Of a stretch of 54,960 nt of DNA, positions 28,995 to 38,740 are shown in pieces. The notes beneath the pieces were generated by a model. The model saw only the letters and a list, made by a program, of their open reading frames with translations. It did no database searches and was not told where the DNA came from. Position 1 is the stretch's first letter. Each line of letters opens with the position of its first letter. The position numbers and the translations under genes are program-made. The stretch is from Candidatus Woesearchaeota archaeon (GTDB lineage Archaea > Nanobdellota > Nanobdellia > SCGC-AAA011-G17 > UBA489): assembly GCA_016845225.1 (NCBI GenBank), contig JAERTB010000009.1, positions 1 to 54,960 on the forward strand, given 5' to 3'.

Positions 28995-31799
28995 ATGTAT
29001 GATTTTAAACAGGTGGAAAGTGAAGTACAAAATTTTTGGAAAGCTCAAGAGAAAGAGTTAGAAAAAACAAGAGAGTATGATTCTAATAAAAAACTATTTT
29101 CATTTTTGGAAGGGCCTCCAACAGCAAATGCCCCTCCAGCACTACATCATATTGAAGTTAGAACATTCAAAGATATTTTTTGTAAGTATAAATACATGCA
29201 AGGATTTACAGTTCCAAGGCAAGGAGGATGGGATTGTCATGGTCTTCCTGTAGAAGTACAAATAGAAAAAAAACTAGATCTAAATTCAAAGAAGGAGATT
29301 TTAGATTATGGTGTAGATAAATTCACAAAAGAATGCAGAGATAGCGTTTTTAGTTATATTCAAGAATGGGAAGAAAATACTCAAAAAGTAGATTATCAAA
29401 TAGATCTAAAAAAACCATACAGGACATTAGACAATGAATATATGGAAAGTGTCTGGTGGTCATTAAAGGAATTGCACAAAAAAGGATTGCTCTACGAAGG
29501 AAAAAAAGTAGTGCCTTATTGTCCAAGATGTGAAACCCCATTAAGTTCTCATGAAGTTTCACAAGGATACAAAGATGTTAACGATCCTACTGCAGTAGTA
29601 ACATTAAAGTCTAAAGAAGAAGAAAATACCTTCTTTTTAGCATGGACAACAACACCTTGGACACTTCCAAGCAATTTAGCACTAGCAGTAAATCCAAAAA
29701 CAACATACGTTAAAACAGAAAAAGATGGAAAAACATACATATTAGCTAAAGATTTACTAAATAAATATTTTGAAGATGCAAAAATAAAAGAAGAATTCTT
29801 AGGAGAAACATTAATTGGAACATCATATGAGCCTCTTTTCAATTATTTTGAATCTAAATTTAAAGATACTAATGCATGGACAATAATTCCTGCAGATTTT
29901 GTGAATACAGATGACGGAACAGGGATAGTCCACATGGCTCCTGCTTTTGGAGAAGATGATTTTAATGCCTGTAAGGATCATGACATACCTTTCATTCAAC
30001 CATTAACTAACAAAGGACATTTCACAGGTGAAGTTACAGATTTTGCAGGCATGTTTGTTAAACAAGCAGATAAAAAAATAATCAAATGGTTGGAAGAAAA
30101 TAAAAAGTTATTCAAAACTGAAAAATATTTGCATCCATACCCCTATTGTTGGAGATGCAGCACTCCTCTAATTTATTTTGCAACCGATTCATGGTTCGTA
30201 AAAGTGACGGCAATAAAAGATAAACTTCTAAAAAATGCTAGTAAAATTGAATGGTCTCCTTCACACATCAAAGAAGGTAGATTTGGAAAGTGGTTAGAAG
30301 GTGCAAGAGATTGGGCATTGTCTAGAAAGAAGTTCTGGGGCACACCACTACCTATCTGGCGCTCAGAAGATGGAGATGAAGTTTGTATTGATTCAATAGA
30401 GGAATTAGAAAAACTTTCGGGTAAAAAAATAGAGGACATTCACAAGCCAATGATTGATAAAATTACCTTTGAAAAAGACGGTAAAAAGTATACAAGAGTT
30501 TCAGATGTGATTGACTGTTGGTATGACTCTGGTTCAGCATCATTTGCTCAGTTACATTACCCTTTTGAAAATAAAGATTATTTTGATAAAAGATTCCCTT
30601 ACGATTTCATTGCAGAGGCAGTAGATCAAACAAGAGGATGGTTCTATACTCTTCATGTATTAGGAACTGCAATTTTTGATAAACCCGCATACAAATCAGT
30701 AGTATGTGCAGGACACATAGTAGATGAAAAAGGAGAAAAAATGTCTAAATCTAAAGGAAATGTATTAATTCCTAATGAAATTTTTGATGCAGTAGGTATT
30801 GATGCAGTAAGACTTCAAATGTGTGGAACATCAGTAGGAGATCAAAAAAGATTTTCTGTACATTTAGTAAACGAAGCAATATTGCCGACTCTAAATATCT
30901 TATTTAACACTTATAGATTTGCAAATAATTTATTAAAACCCTCTTCAAAGAAACCAAAAGAACAAACAATAGAAGATCAATGGATGATTTCTAAAACAGA
31001 TTCATTAATTCAAGAAGTAACAAAAGAAATTGAAAAACATAATTATCATCAATGTTTAAAAAAAATAATTAAGTACATAGGGGATGATTTCTCAAGATGG
31101 TACATTAAATTAATTAGAGATAGAACTAACAAAGAAGATGAATCTCTAAGTTACACATTTTATTATGTGTTTGATAATCTTACAAAATTAATGGCTCCTT
31201 TTGCACCATATCTTGCAGAATATATTCAAATGAATTTATTCAAACAAGAAAAATCAATACATTTTGCAAAATGGCCAAAAGCAAATCAGAAGAATATCAA
31301 TAAAGAATTAGAGTCTTCAATGGATTTGGCCCAAGAGATAACCTCCCAAATTCTTTCAGAAAGAGAAAAAGAAAAAATAGGAGTTAGGTGGCCACTAAGT
31401 AAGGCAAAGGTTACACTTATTGAAGAATCAAAAGAACTTAAAGAATTAGAACCATTAATCAAATCACAAACCAATATTAAAAAATTAGAATTTAAAACAG
31501 GTAAGGAATTCTCAGTAAAATTAGACACTAAATTAACAGAAGAATTAGAATTAGAAGGATATCACAGAGAAGTTTCAAGAAAAATACAAGGATTAAGAAA
31601 AAAAGCAGGATTACAAAAACAAGATGATATATCTTTAGTTATTGAAGCTGAATATAATATTTCTAAATTTGAAAAAGAACTAAAAGAAAAGGTAGGGGCA
31701 GTAAATCTTTCTTTTGGTACAATAGAAGGGGAATTTGAGTTCTCTTCAGAGGCAAAAATTAAGGAAAAAACCTTCAAAATAGCCTTTAACAGGCTCTAA
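28995..31799 (+). CDS. ileS: isoleucyl-tRNA synthetase (short, eukaryote/archaeal type)
   Basis: GWDCHGLPVE, CWYDSGSASFAQLHYPFEN and KMSKS motifs. The position of the HIGH motif reads ALHH. Confidence 0.85.
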   Translation: MYDFKQVESEVQNFWKAQEKELEKTREYDSNKKLFSFLEGPPTANAPPALHHIEVRTFKDIFCKYKYMQGFTVPRQGGWDCHGLPVEVQIEKKLDLNSKKEILDYGVDKFTKECRDSVFSYIQEWEENTQKVDYQIDLKKPYRTLDNEYMESVWWSLKELHKKGLLYEGKKVVPYCPRCETPLSSHEVSQGYKDVNDPTAVVTLKSKEEENTFFLAWTTTPWTLPSNLALAVNPKTTYVKTEKDGKTYILAKDLLNKYFEDAKIKEEFLGETLIGTSYEPLFNYFESKFKDTNAWTIIPADFVNTDDGTGIVHMAPAFGEDDFNACKDHDIPFIQPLTNKGHFTGEVTDFAGMFVKQADKKIIKWLEENKKLFKTEKYLHPYPYCWRCSTPLIYFATDSWFVKVTAIKDKLLKNASKIEWSPSHIKEGRFGKWLEGARDWALSRKKFWGTPLPIWRSEDGDEVCIDSIEELEKLSGKKIEDIHKPMIDKITFEKDGKKYTRVSDVIDCWYDSGSASFAQLHYPFENKDYFDKRFPYDFIAEAVDQTRGWFYTLHVLGTAIFDKPAYKSVVCAGHIVDEKGEKMSKSKGNVLIPNEIFDAVGIDAVRLQMCGTSVGDQKRFSVHLVNEAILPTLNILFNTYRFANNLLKPSSKKPKEQTIEDQWMISKTDSLIQEVTKEIEKHNYHQCLKKIIKYIGDDFSRWYIKLIRDRTNKEDESLSYTFYYVFDNLTKLMAPFAPYLAEYIQMNLFKQEKSIHFAKWPKANQKNINKELESSMDLAQEITSQILSEREKEKIGVRWPLSKAKVTLIEESKELKELEPLIKSQTNIKKLEFKTGKEFSVKLDTKLTEELELEGYHREVSRKIQGLRKKAGLQKQDDISLVIEAEYNISKFEKELKEKVGAVNLSFGTIEGEFEFSSEAKIKEKTFKIAFNRL

Positions 31800-31901
31800 T
31801 TCATCATTAACTGGTAGCATCTACCATTTAAATAGCTTTAAATACTCTTTATAACAACTATTTAAAGCAAAAAAGAGGGCATTAGAAGATCGGGGGAAAA
31901 A

Positions 31902-32480
31902 ATGCCAAAAACAACAAAAAAAACAACAAAAAAAAGTTCTAAAAAGAAGTTGGATATAACTATCGTTAACATAGTATGCTCTTCATCATTAGGTCAAGAC
32001 ATACCATTAATCAGGTTAGCAGAAACGCTACCAAACACAGAATATAATCCTGAACAATTTCCAGGACTTATTATGAGAATCAAGGAACCTAAAACTTCCG
32101 CACTTATCTTCTCATCTGGTAAAATTGTAAACACTGGAGCTAAATCACTTAAGAAAGTAAGAGAATCAATTGATAGAATTATTGAAAATTTAGCAAAAGT
32201 AAATGTAAATATCAAGATTAAACCAAAAATTGAAGTTCAAAATATGGTTGGATCAGGAAGCATTGGAATGGATTTAAACTTAAATTCATTGGCTATGGAA
32301 CTGGACAACACAGAATATGAACCTGAACAATTTCCTGGATTAGTATTTAAACTAGCAGGAACCAGGGCAACATTCTTACTTTTCAGTAATGGAAAAATTG
32401 TATGTACTGGAACACGTTCAGAAGCAAAGCTAAAAGAAGCAGTTGCTAAACTTATCACTGTTTTAAAGAAAAAGAAATAA
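31902..32480 (+). CDS. tbp: TATA-box binding protein with a Lys-rich N-terminal extension
   Basis: Two TBP repeats (EYNPEQFPGLIMR and EYEPEQFPGLVFK). N-terminus is PKTTKKTTKKSSKKK and the C-terminus is LKKKK. Confidence 0.95.
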   Translation: MPKTTKKTTKKSSKKKLDITIVNIVCSSSLGQDIPLIRLAETLPNTEYNPEQFPGLIMRIKEPKTSALIFSSGKIVNTGAKSLKKVRESIDRIIENLAKVNVNIKIKPKIEVQNMVGSGSIGMDLNLNSLAMELDNTEYEPEQFPGLVFKLAGTRATFLLFSNGKIVCTGTRSEAKLKEAVAKLITVLKKKK

Positions 32481-32598
32481 GGCCATACAGGCCCCATTTC
32501 TTCTTTATTTTTAAGTAAACTATACTCACCACACTAATTAATTTTTTAAACATCTTTTTCTCCATCTTATTGAATTAATAATTCAGGGGGACTTTTAG

Positions 32599-34620
32599 TT
32601 GGCAAACGCTCAGGAACAGATAGAGAAATTTCAAGAATTCTTAGAGTTAAATCACCAGAAAGAGATCCACGCACTAGTAAAAAGTGGACAAAAATCCTTA
32701 ATCATAGATTTTAATGATCTTGCAATGTTTGATCCTTCTCTAGCAGAAGAATTATTAACAGAACCAGATGAATTGATTAGGGCTGCAGAGATTGCACTAG
32801 CACAATTTGATATTCCTGACAAAACCATCAAAGTTAGATTTCTAAACCTTCCCGATTCTCAAATTATTTATATTAAGAATATAAGAAGCGAACACATAGA
32901 CAAATTTATTTCTTTCGAAGGAATTGTTAGGCAATCTTCTGATGTAAGGCCTCAAATGGTTTCAGCAAAATTTGAATGTCCTGCATGCGGTAACACTATT
33001 ACTATGCCTCAAGTTGAAGAAAAATTCAAAGAACCCAACAGATGTTCCTGTGGCAGAATGGGAAAGTTTAAGTTACTTGAAAAAATATTAGTAGATTCAC
33101 AAAGACTAGTAATTGAGGAGTCTCCTGAATCTTTAGATGGAGGGGAACAAGCAAAAAGATTGCCAGTTTATCTTAGAGAGGATTTAGTAGAGCCTAAAAT
33201 GGAAAAGAAATCAACTCCAGGTTCAAAAATTAAAGTTGCAGGAATGATCAAAGAAGTTCCTTTGCAATCCAAAGCAGGGGGACAATCAACAAGATTTGAT
33301 TTATGTATGGAGGTTAATTCAATTGAGTCTATTGAAATGACTTATGATGAAATTCTTTTAGACGAAGATGATTTAGCACAAATAAAACAATTAGCAAAAG
33401 ATCCACAAGTGTATGAAAAATTTACTTCATCCATGGCCCCTTCAATTTTAGGACACAATGATATCAAGGGAGCGTTAATACTTCAATTAATGGGGGGAGT
33501 AAGAAAAAGTACTGCAGATAATCAAAAAATTAGAGGAGATATTCATATGCTGTTAGTGGGGGATCCTGGAGCAGCAAAGTCATCTATGATTAAATTTATG
33601 GAACATGTTGCACCAAGAGCAAGATACGTTGTAGGGAGAGCAGCAACTTCAGCAGGTATCACTGCTAGCGTAGTAAGAGACGAATTTATTAAAGGATGGG
33701 CATTGGAGGCAGGAGCAATTGTTCTTGCAAGTGGAGGTTTTTTACTTTTAGACGAGATGGATAAAATGGCAGATGAAGACACTTCTGCAATGCATGAAGC
33801 AATGGCACAACAAACAGTAACAGTGAGTAAGGCAAACATTCAAGCAACTCTTACGGCTCAAACTTCTGTACTTGCAGCAGCAAACCCTAAACTAGGGAGA
33901 TTTGATCCCTATCAGCCAATAGCTGCACAAATAGATTTGCCTCCTGCATTAATCAACAGGTTTGATTTAATTTTTCCAGTAAGGGATATTCCAAATAAAG
34001 AAAAAGACGGTATGATTGCTTCTCACGTTTTAGAATTACAACAGAACCCAGACTCAAAAGAACCCCCTATCACTGTAGAGTTAATGAGAAAATTTATCGC
34101 ATATGCTAAACAAAATGTAGCTCCAAAATTAACTCCGGGAGCAATCGAAGAGATAAAAACATTTTATGTAAGTTTAAGAAATTCATCAACTGTGGGAGAT
34201 ACAGATGCAGTAAAACCAATTCCAATTTCAGCAAGACAGTTAGAATCATTAGTGAGATTAGCAGAAGGGTCTGCAAGAATTAGACTGTCTACTAAAGTTA
34301 CAAGGAGTGATGCAAGAAAAGCAATTTCTATAATGAGATACTGTTTAATGCAAGTAGGATTTGATCATGAAACTGGACAAATAGACATAGACAGAATGTC
34401 TTCTGGAGTTTCTGCCTCACACAGAAACAAGATTCACACAGTTAGAGAAATATTAGATTCCTTTGAATCAAGTGGGAAAAAGTCAATTCCTATGGAAGAT
34501 ATTGTAGCTGAAGCAACAGAAAAGAAGATTTCAGAATCACAAGTTGAAGAAATAATTGAAAAATTAAAAAGGGAAGGAGAAATATATGAACCAAGAAGGG
34601 GATTCATAAGTAAAATTTAG
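32599..34620 (+). CDS. mcm: MCM replicative helicase
   Basis: Zn finger CPAC..CSCG, Walker A GDPGAAKS, Walker B LLLDEMDK, arginine finger SRFD-like NRFDL, and a C-terminal wH. TTG start lies 8 nt after AGGGGG. Confidence 0.95.
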   Translation: MANAQEQIEKFQEFLELNHQKEIHALVKSGQKSLIIDFNDLAMFDPSLAEELLTEPDELIRAAEIALAQFDIPDKTIKVRFLNLPDSQIIYIKNIRSEHIDKFISFEGIVRQSSDVRPQMVSAKFECPACGNTITMPQVEEKFKEPNRCSCGRMGKFKLLEKILVDSQRLVIEESPESLDGGEQAKRLPVYLREDLVEPKMEKKSTPGSKIKVAGMIKEVPLQSKAGGQSTRFDLCMEVNSIESIEMTYDEILLDEDDLAQIKQLAKDPQVYEKFTSSMAPSILGHNDIKGALILQLMGGVRKSTADNQKIRGDIHMLLVGDPGAAKSSMIKFMEHVAPRARYVVGRAATSAGITASVVRDEFIKGWALEAGAIVLASGGFLLLDEMDKMADEDTSAMHEAMAQQTVTVSKANIQATLTAQTSVLAAANPKLGRFDPYQPIAAQIDLPPALINRFDLIFPVRDIPNKEKDGMIASHVLELQQNPDSKEPPITVELMRKFIAYAKQNVAPKLTPGAIEEIKTFYVSLRNSSTVGDTDAVKPIPISARQLESLVRLAEGSARIRLSTKVTRSDARKAISIMRYCLMQVGFDHETGQIDIDRMSSGVSASHRNKIHTVREILDSFESSGKKSIPMEDIVAEATEKKISESQVEEIIEKLKREGEIYEPRRGFISKI

Positions 34621-34623
34621 AAA

Positions 34624-35319
34624 ATGGAAACAACAAAACAACCAATTCAAAGACAAATTGCAAATAAATTATGGTTATCTAGTCTAGATGAAGGCACTTT
34701 TCACAAAGGATCTAGAAATGGAGATGAATTTATTGCAAGTTATTTAGAGATAGGTGAAAAAAGAATATCTAGAGTAAATATTTTAGCAACAGTGGTAGAC
34801 GTTTTCAAAAGTGAAGATGGAAATTATTTTTCCTTTACCTTAGATGATGCAACTGCAACAATACGGATCAAAGCATTTAATGAAGATACTACAAAATTAA
34901 CTTCTATTGAAAAAGGAGATTTAGTTTTAGTTGTAGGAAAACTAAGAGAATATCAAGAAGAACTATACATTGCTCCAGAAATTACAAAAAAAATAACAGA
35001 CCCGAACGCCCAATTAATTAGAAGGGCAGAATTATTGGCAACATTTGGAAAACCTAAAATTCAAGAAATTAGTAAAAACACGCAAGTAGTTCAAACTAAA
35101 ATTTCTACACCTCAACAAGAATCAAGAGATGCATCTCATGAAAAATTAAGACAGAGAATACTTGAAGTCTTAGTAGATCACGAAGATACTGGAGCAGAAT
35201 TATCTATAATTTCTAAGAAAATAGCTCAACCAGATTCAACAACAGAAGGGATTGTAAAAGAACTTCTATTAGAGGGCGAAATCTATGAAAATAAGCCTGG
35301 ACATTTTAAGACAATTTAA
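34624..35319 (+). CDS. RPA32/Stn1-like OB-fold protein with a C-terminal winged helix
   Basis: OB pattern VNILATVVDV...FTLDDATATIRIKAF...LVVGKLREYQEELYI. C-terminal LLLEGEIYENKPGHFKTI resembles the RPA32 wH end (EGHIYST..DHFKST). Confidence 0.65.
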   Translation: METTKQPIQRQIANKLWLSSLDEGTFHKGSRNGDEFIASYLEIGEKRISRVNILATVVDVFKSEDGNYFSFTLDDATATIRIKAFNEDTTKLTSIEKGDLVLVVGKLREYQEELYIAPEITKKITDPNAQLIRRAELLATFGKPKIQEISKNTQVVQTKISTPQQESRDASHEKLRQRILEVLVDHEDTGAELSIISKKIAQPDSTTEGIVKELLLEGEIYENKPGHFKTI

Positions 35320-35356
35320 TCAAAACTCTTAAAAAACTTGTTTTCAAAGCCACTAT

Positions 35357-35764
35357 ATGGATTATTTAGATTTATTAAAGGAAGCTAAGGAAAAATTACC
35401 AGATGTTCAAGAAACAGAGAGTAGATTTGAAATTCCTACCGCAAAAGGACACCTACAAGGGAATAAAACAGTTGTAACTAATTTTCAACAAATTGTAGAT
35501 ACTCTAAGACGTCCAAAAGAACAAATCTTAAAATTTTTGCAGAGGGAATTAGCAGCGCCAGCAATTCTAGAAGGAACAAGATTAATTCTAGGTAGAAAAA
35601 TTTCCTCAAAAATTATTAATGCTAAAATCGAACTTTATTGTAAGGAATTTGTACTCTGCAAAGAATGTGCAAAGCCAGATACAAAACTAATCAAAGAAGG
35701 GAGAGTATTGATGGCTAAGTGTGCTGCATGCGGCGCAAAACATCCCATCAAGTCAAAAATATGA
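35357..35764 (+). CDS. eif2b: translation initiation factor 2 subunit beta
   Basis: aIF2beta core plus the C-terminal zinc ribbon CKEC..x..CAAC. 135 aa. Confidence 0.9.
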   Translation: MDYLDLLKEAKEKLPDVQETESRFEIPTAKGHLQGNKTVVTNFQQIVDTLRRPKEQILKFLQRELAAPAILEGTRLILGRKISSKIINAKIELYCKEFVLCKECAKPDTKLIKEGRVLMAKCAACGAKHPIKSKI

Positions 35765-36057
35765 TATATGTAAAAATTCATCAATCAGAACATACCGATA
35801 TTTTAGCAGTTTGTGACGAAGAATTAATTGGGAAAACATTCACAGAAGAAGATAAGGAAATTAAAGTCTCAAAAGAATTTTATCAAGGAGAACTTTTAAC
35901 TGAAGAAGATACAATTAAGATTCTAAAAGAATGCGCAAATGCAAACATAATTGGAGAAAAAGCAATTAACTGTGCACTTGAAGCAGGAATAATTTCTAAA
36001 GAAAATATTTTTTCTTGTGGAGGAATACAACATGCCCAGTACTACTCCCTCGAATGA
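35761..36057 (+). CDS. DUF424 family protein
   Basis: MIYVKIH..ILAVCDEELIGK...GGIQHAQ matches the archaeal DUF424 pattern. The ATG overlaps the aIF2beta stop (ATGA). Confidence 0.75.
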   Translation: MIYVKIHQSEHTDILAVCDEELIGKTFTEEDKEIKVSKEFYQGELLTEEDTIKILKECANANIIGEKAINCALEAGIISKENIFSCGGIQHAQYYSLE

Positions 36058-36388
36058 TGTATTAAAATACAAATATAAGCCTCCTGGAGATAAACACGAA
36101 AATTATTGGGAAGCAAAACTTCAACTTAGACCTTACGATGAAGAGATGATCAGATTTGTAATAAACTTAATTGATAATAATGATAGGGTAAGAATTATGA
36201 AGGTTTTACAACTTAAAACTGGAGTTGACATTTATCTTTCTTCTAGAAAATTTGCAGCAATTCTTGGAAAAACATTAAAGAAAAAATACAAAGATGGAAA
36301 GATCGTAGTGACTAAATCTCTTTTTTCAAGAAATAAACAAACAAGCAAAAATATTTATAGGGTTACAGTCCTCTTTAGATTAAACTAA
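36032..36388 (+). CDS. short NMD3-like protein (lacks the N-terminal Cys clusters)
   Basis: YWEAKLQLR ... GVDIYLSS ... IYRVTVLFRL resembles the NMD3 N-domain core. ATG lies 8 nt after the SD GGAGG; the track uses GTG at 36017. Confidence 0.5.
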   Translation: MPSTTPSNDVLKYKYKPPGDKHENYWEAKLQLRPYDEEMIRFVINLIDNNDRVRIMKVLQLKTGVDIYLSSRKFAAILGKTLKKKYKDGKIVVTKSLFSRNKQTSKNIYRVTVLFRLN

Positions 36389-36400
36389 AAGAGGGATAAT

Positions 36401-38698
36401 ATGAAGTTTTTTAAGCTAGGCCTATATGTTACATTTTTATTAATTGCATCTACATTTGTTTCGGCAGAAATATTTAATTTTAACACTCCCACAGATAATT
36501 TAGAATTAGAAGAAGAGTTAGGAGATGTAGTTTCAGTAATAGATTCATTAGATCTTTCTCTCCTAAGTGGAAATACAATAAATACAGATGAAGGGACAAG
36601 CAAATCTGAACAATATTTAAGATTTGGAGATGCAATTTCTACAATAGTCTCTCCTATTCCAAAATATATTGAATCGGATGACGATGAAGTAAGTTCCTTT
36701 TTGTACATTGCTTCGGGCTCATCAACAACAACTTCTTTTTTTGAACATGAGTTAGCATTCAATCCAGGGTTAGAGGGAAGGGTCTCAGGAACAAGAATCC
36801 CCGACATAGAAGATAGAACTTTTAGAATTTTTGCAGATGATTATAAAGTAGTAGACACATACATTGATACAGCATCCAGCAAAATACAACTAACATTATC
36901 TACGAGTGCAATAACAGATATTCTAAAAGAAGGAGATTTAGCAGTATATCAAATAGGTTCAAATAAATATGAAATCTTGGTAAATTCCATTTCTTCAACA
37001 CCAAAGTCAGTAATGTTAAGAGTAAACGGCCAAGATGTAGGGCCAATTTCAGAAGATAGTTATTATGAATTAGCAGACGATACATTATTAGGAATTAGAA
37101 CAATTATCACATCCTCCGGAGGAGTTTCAGATGTAGTTAGTATCTTTTTAGGAGCAAAAATCATAGAGTTAGAGGACCACTACAATGATGACAGTTTTGA
37201 AGAAGGTTTTTCTGAAAATAGAGATTCTCTTTCCGAAGGAAGAGTTTCAATCAAGGCTTCAGTTTCTTCAGATGTAATTTCATTAACAAGTATAAAGTAC
37301 AGAGCAACAACAAATAATGATATTTATATTCCTGAAGGAAAAAAACTTTCAGACGTAATCGATAATAGTAATATCCTATTGGGAAACTGGGATTTGCAAT
37401 ACAATGGTCTTCAGTCTGTTTCAGAAACAGACATTATACTCTCCTCCAGTTCAGATACTGAATATGATTTAACTTTTGAAAATACAGATGGAAGAATTTA
37501 CAAAGTTCCATTTTATGAATCAAGCGGAAAATTAGGAGATTCTTCTCACGACTTATTTATTTCAGAGTCTACAGGGATTTCGGATTATGAAATTGATATT
37601 TCAGATTACTTAATTTTGTCTTCAGGAGCTACAAAGAACGATAAGTCCTATGCTATTCAATATATCTCCGCAGACGAAGTCTCTGGACAAGCAAGATTTA
37701 ACGAAGTTTTAATATCAGGAACAAGCCCCTTATCTGGAAATTTTAATACTTCAGGTTATGGTTCTTTAACAGTTCAGGGAATGCAGTTTGATTTTTATGT
37801 AGATTTAACCAACGATAAGAAACTAGCATTTGATTTAAACAGGGATGGAAATATTGAATCTGGAGATAGCGTAGATTTAATTACTAAAGGTGGCGCAATA
37901 ATTGATTTAGGAACGACAGAAAGTCCTGGAACAACATATACATTAACACTAACGACAGAATCTTCTTCAATTGAAGAAGCAACAACAAACGAAGCAGTGA
38001 CTTTTGATGTTACAGGAGGCACAATCGTGGGGATTTCAACTTCAAGTTTTACGAATTTAAATATATATAGTTCAGAAGGGGTTCATTCAGGAATGAGCAA
38101 CTATGGGGCAGAATTCATAGTCTCAAATGCAAACAATGCAGATCCAGAAGAATTAGAAATTAATTATCCATTAACTCAGAGATTTGTAGATCTTAAACTA
38201 GAATTATTAAAAAGCACTGCAGAATCTGCAAGTAAAACTTCATCCACATCAACAAATAATTGTTCAGATGGAATTCAAAATGGAGATGAAACTGGGATTG
38301 ATTGCGGAGGATCTTGTAGTGATTGTGCCCAAATACAAAATGATTCGACTTTTCAAGATCAACAAACACAACAAGATTATCAAGATCAACAAGCACAAGA
38401 AATAGTTGAAGAAGGCCCATGTTCCTTTGGATGTATTTATGTTGATGAAGATGGAAATGATGTATGTATTAAAATCGGTGAAACAATTGATAAGCTATTT
38501 TGTAAGGCTGCAAATAATCTAATTCAACAAAAAACAAATGGGGCAAGCTGTAATTTAGATTTAGAATGTCTTTCAGAATCTTGCGACCAACAAAAATGCG
38601 GTAAATCTTACGGCCCTATTTCTGCAACAATTAACATACTTTGGATTTTATTAATATTGTTCTCTTTCTTTAAAATACGCTCTAAACTGAAGCAATAA
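36401..38698 (+). CDS. large surface protein: signal peptide, S/T-rich beta-rich body, Cys-rich modules, C-terminal TM anchor
   Basis: Signal MKFFKLGLYVTFLLIASTFVSA. Cys-rich motif CSDGIQNGDETGIDCGGSCSDC. Q-rich linker. Second Cys module. Terminal hydrophobic helix plus KIRSKLKQ. Confidence 0.7.
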   Translation: MKFFKLGLYVTFLLIASTFVSAEIFNFNTPTDNLELEEELGDVVSVIDSLDLSLLSGNTINTDEGTSKSEQYLRFGDAISTIVSPIPKYIESDDDEVSSFLYIASGSSTTTSFFEHELAFNPGLEGRVSGTRIPDIEDRTFRIFADDYKVVDTYIDTASSKIQLTLSTSAITDILKEGDLAVYQIGSNKYEILVNSISSTPKSVMLRVNGQDVGPISEDSYYELADDTLLGIRTIITSSGGVSDVVSIFLGAKIIELEDHYNDDSFEEGFSENRDSLSEGRVSIKASVSSDVISLTSIKYRATTNNDIYIPEGKKLSDVIDNSNILLGNWDLQYNGLQSVSETDIILSSSSDTEYDLTFENTDGRIYKVPFYESSGKLGDSSHDLFISESTGISDYEIDISDYLILSSGATKNDKSYAIQYISADEVSGQARFNEVLISGTSPLSGNFNTSGYGSLTVQGMQFDFYVDLTNDKKLAFDLNRDGNIESGDSVDLITKGGAIIDLGTTESPGTTYTLTLTTESSSIEEATTNEAVTFDVTGGTIVGISTSSFTNLNIYSSEGVHSGMSNYGAEFIVSNANNADPEELEINYPLTQRFVDLKLELLKSTAESASKTSSTSTNNCSDGIQNGDETGIDCGGSCSDCAQIQNDSTFQDQQTQQDYQDQQAQEIVEEGPCSFGCIYVDEDGNDVCIKIGETIDKLFCKAANNLIQQKTNGASCNLDLECLSESCDQQKCGKSYGPISATINILWILLILFSFFKIRSKLKQ

Positions 38699-38711
38699 CT
38701 CTCACAGAAGA

Positions 38712-38720
38712 TTTATAAAA
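38712..38720 (+). promoter_or_regulatory. TATA box of aIF-1A
   Basis: tttataaaa lies 21 nt before the ATG at 38741. Confidence 0.6.
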
Positions 38721-38740
38721 GGCCACAGGGTGATATCTCT

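Noticed and set aside
36385-36807. 140-aa minus-strand ORF overlapping the start of the surface-protein gene
   Set aside because: It is antisense to a gene with a clear signal peptide and SD. Its serine-rich composition is typical of a shadow ORF.
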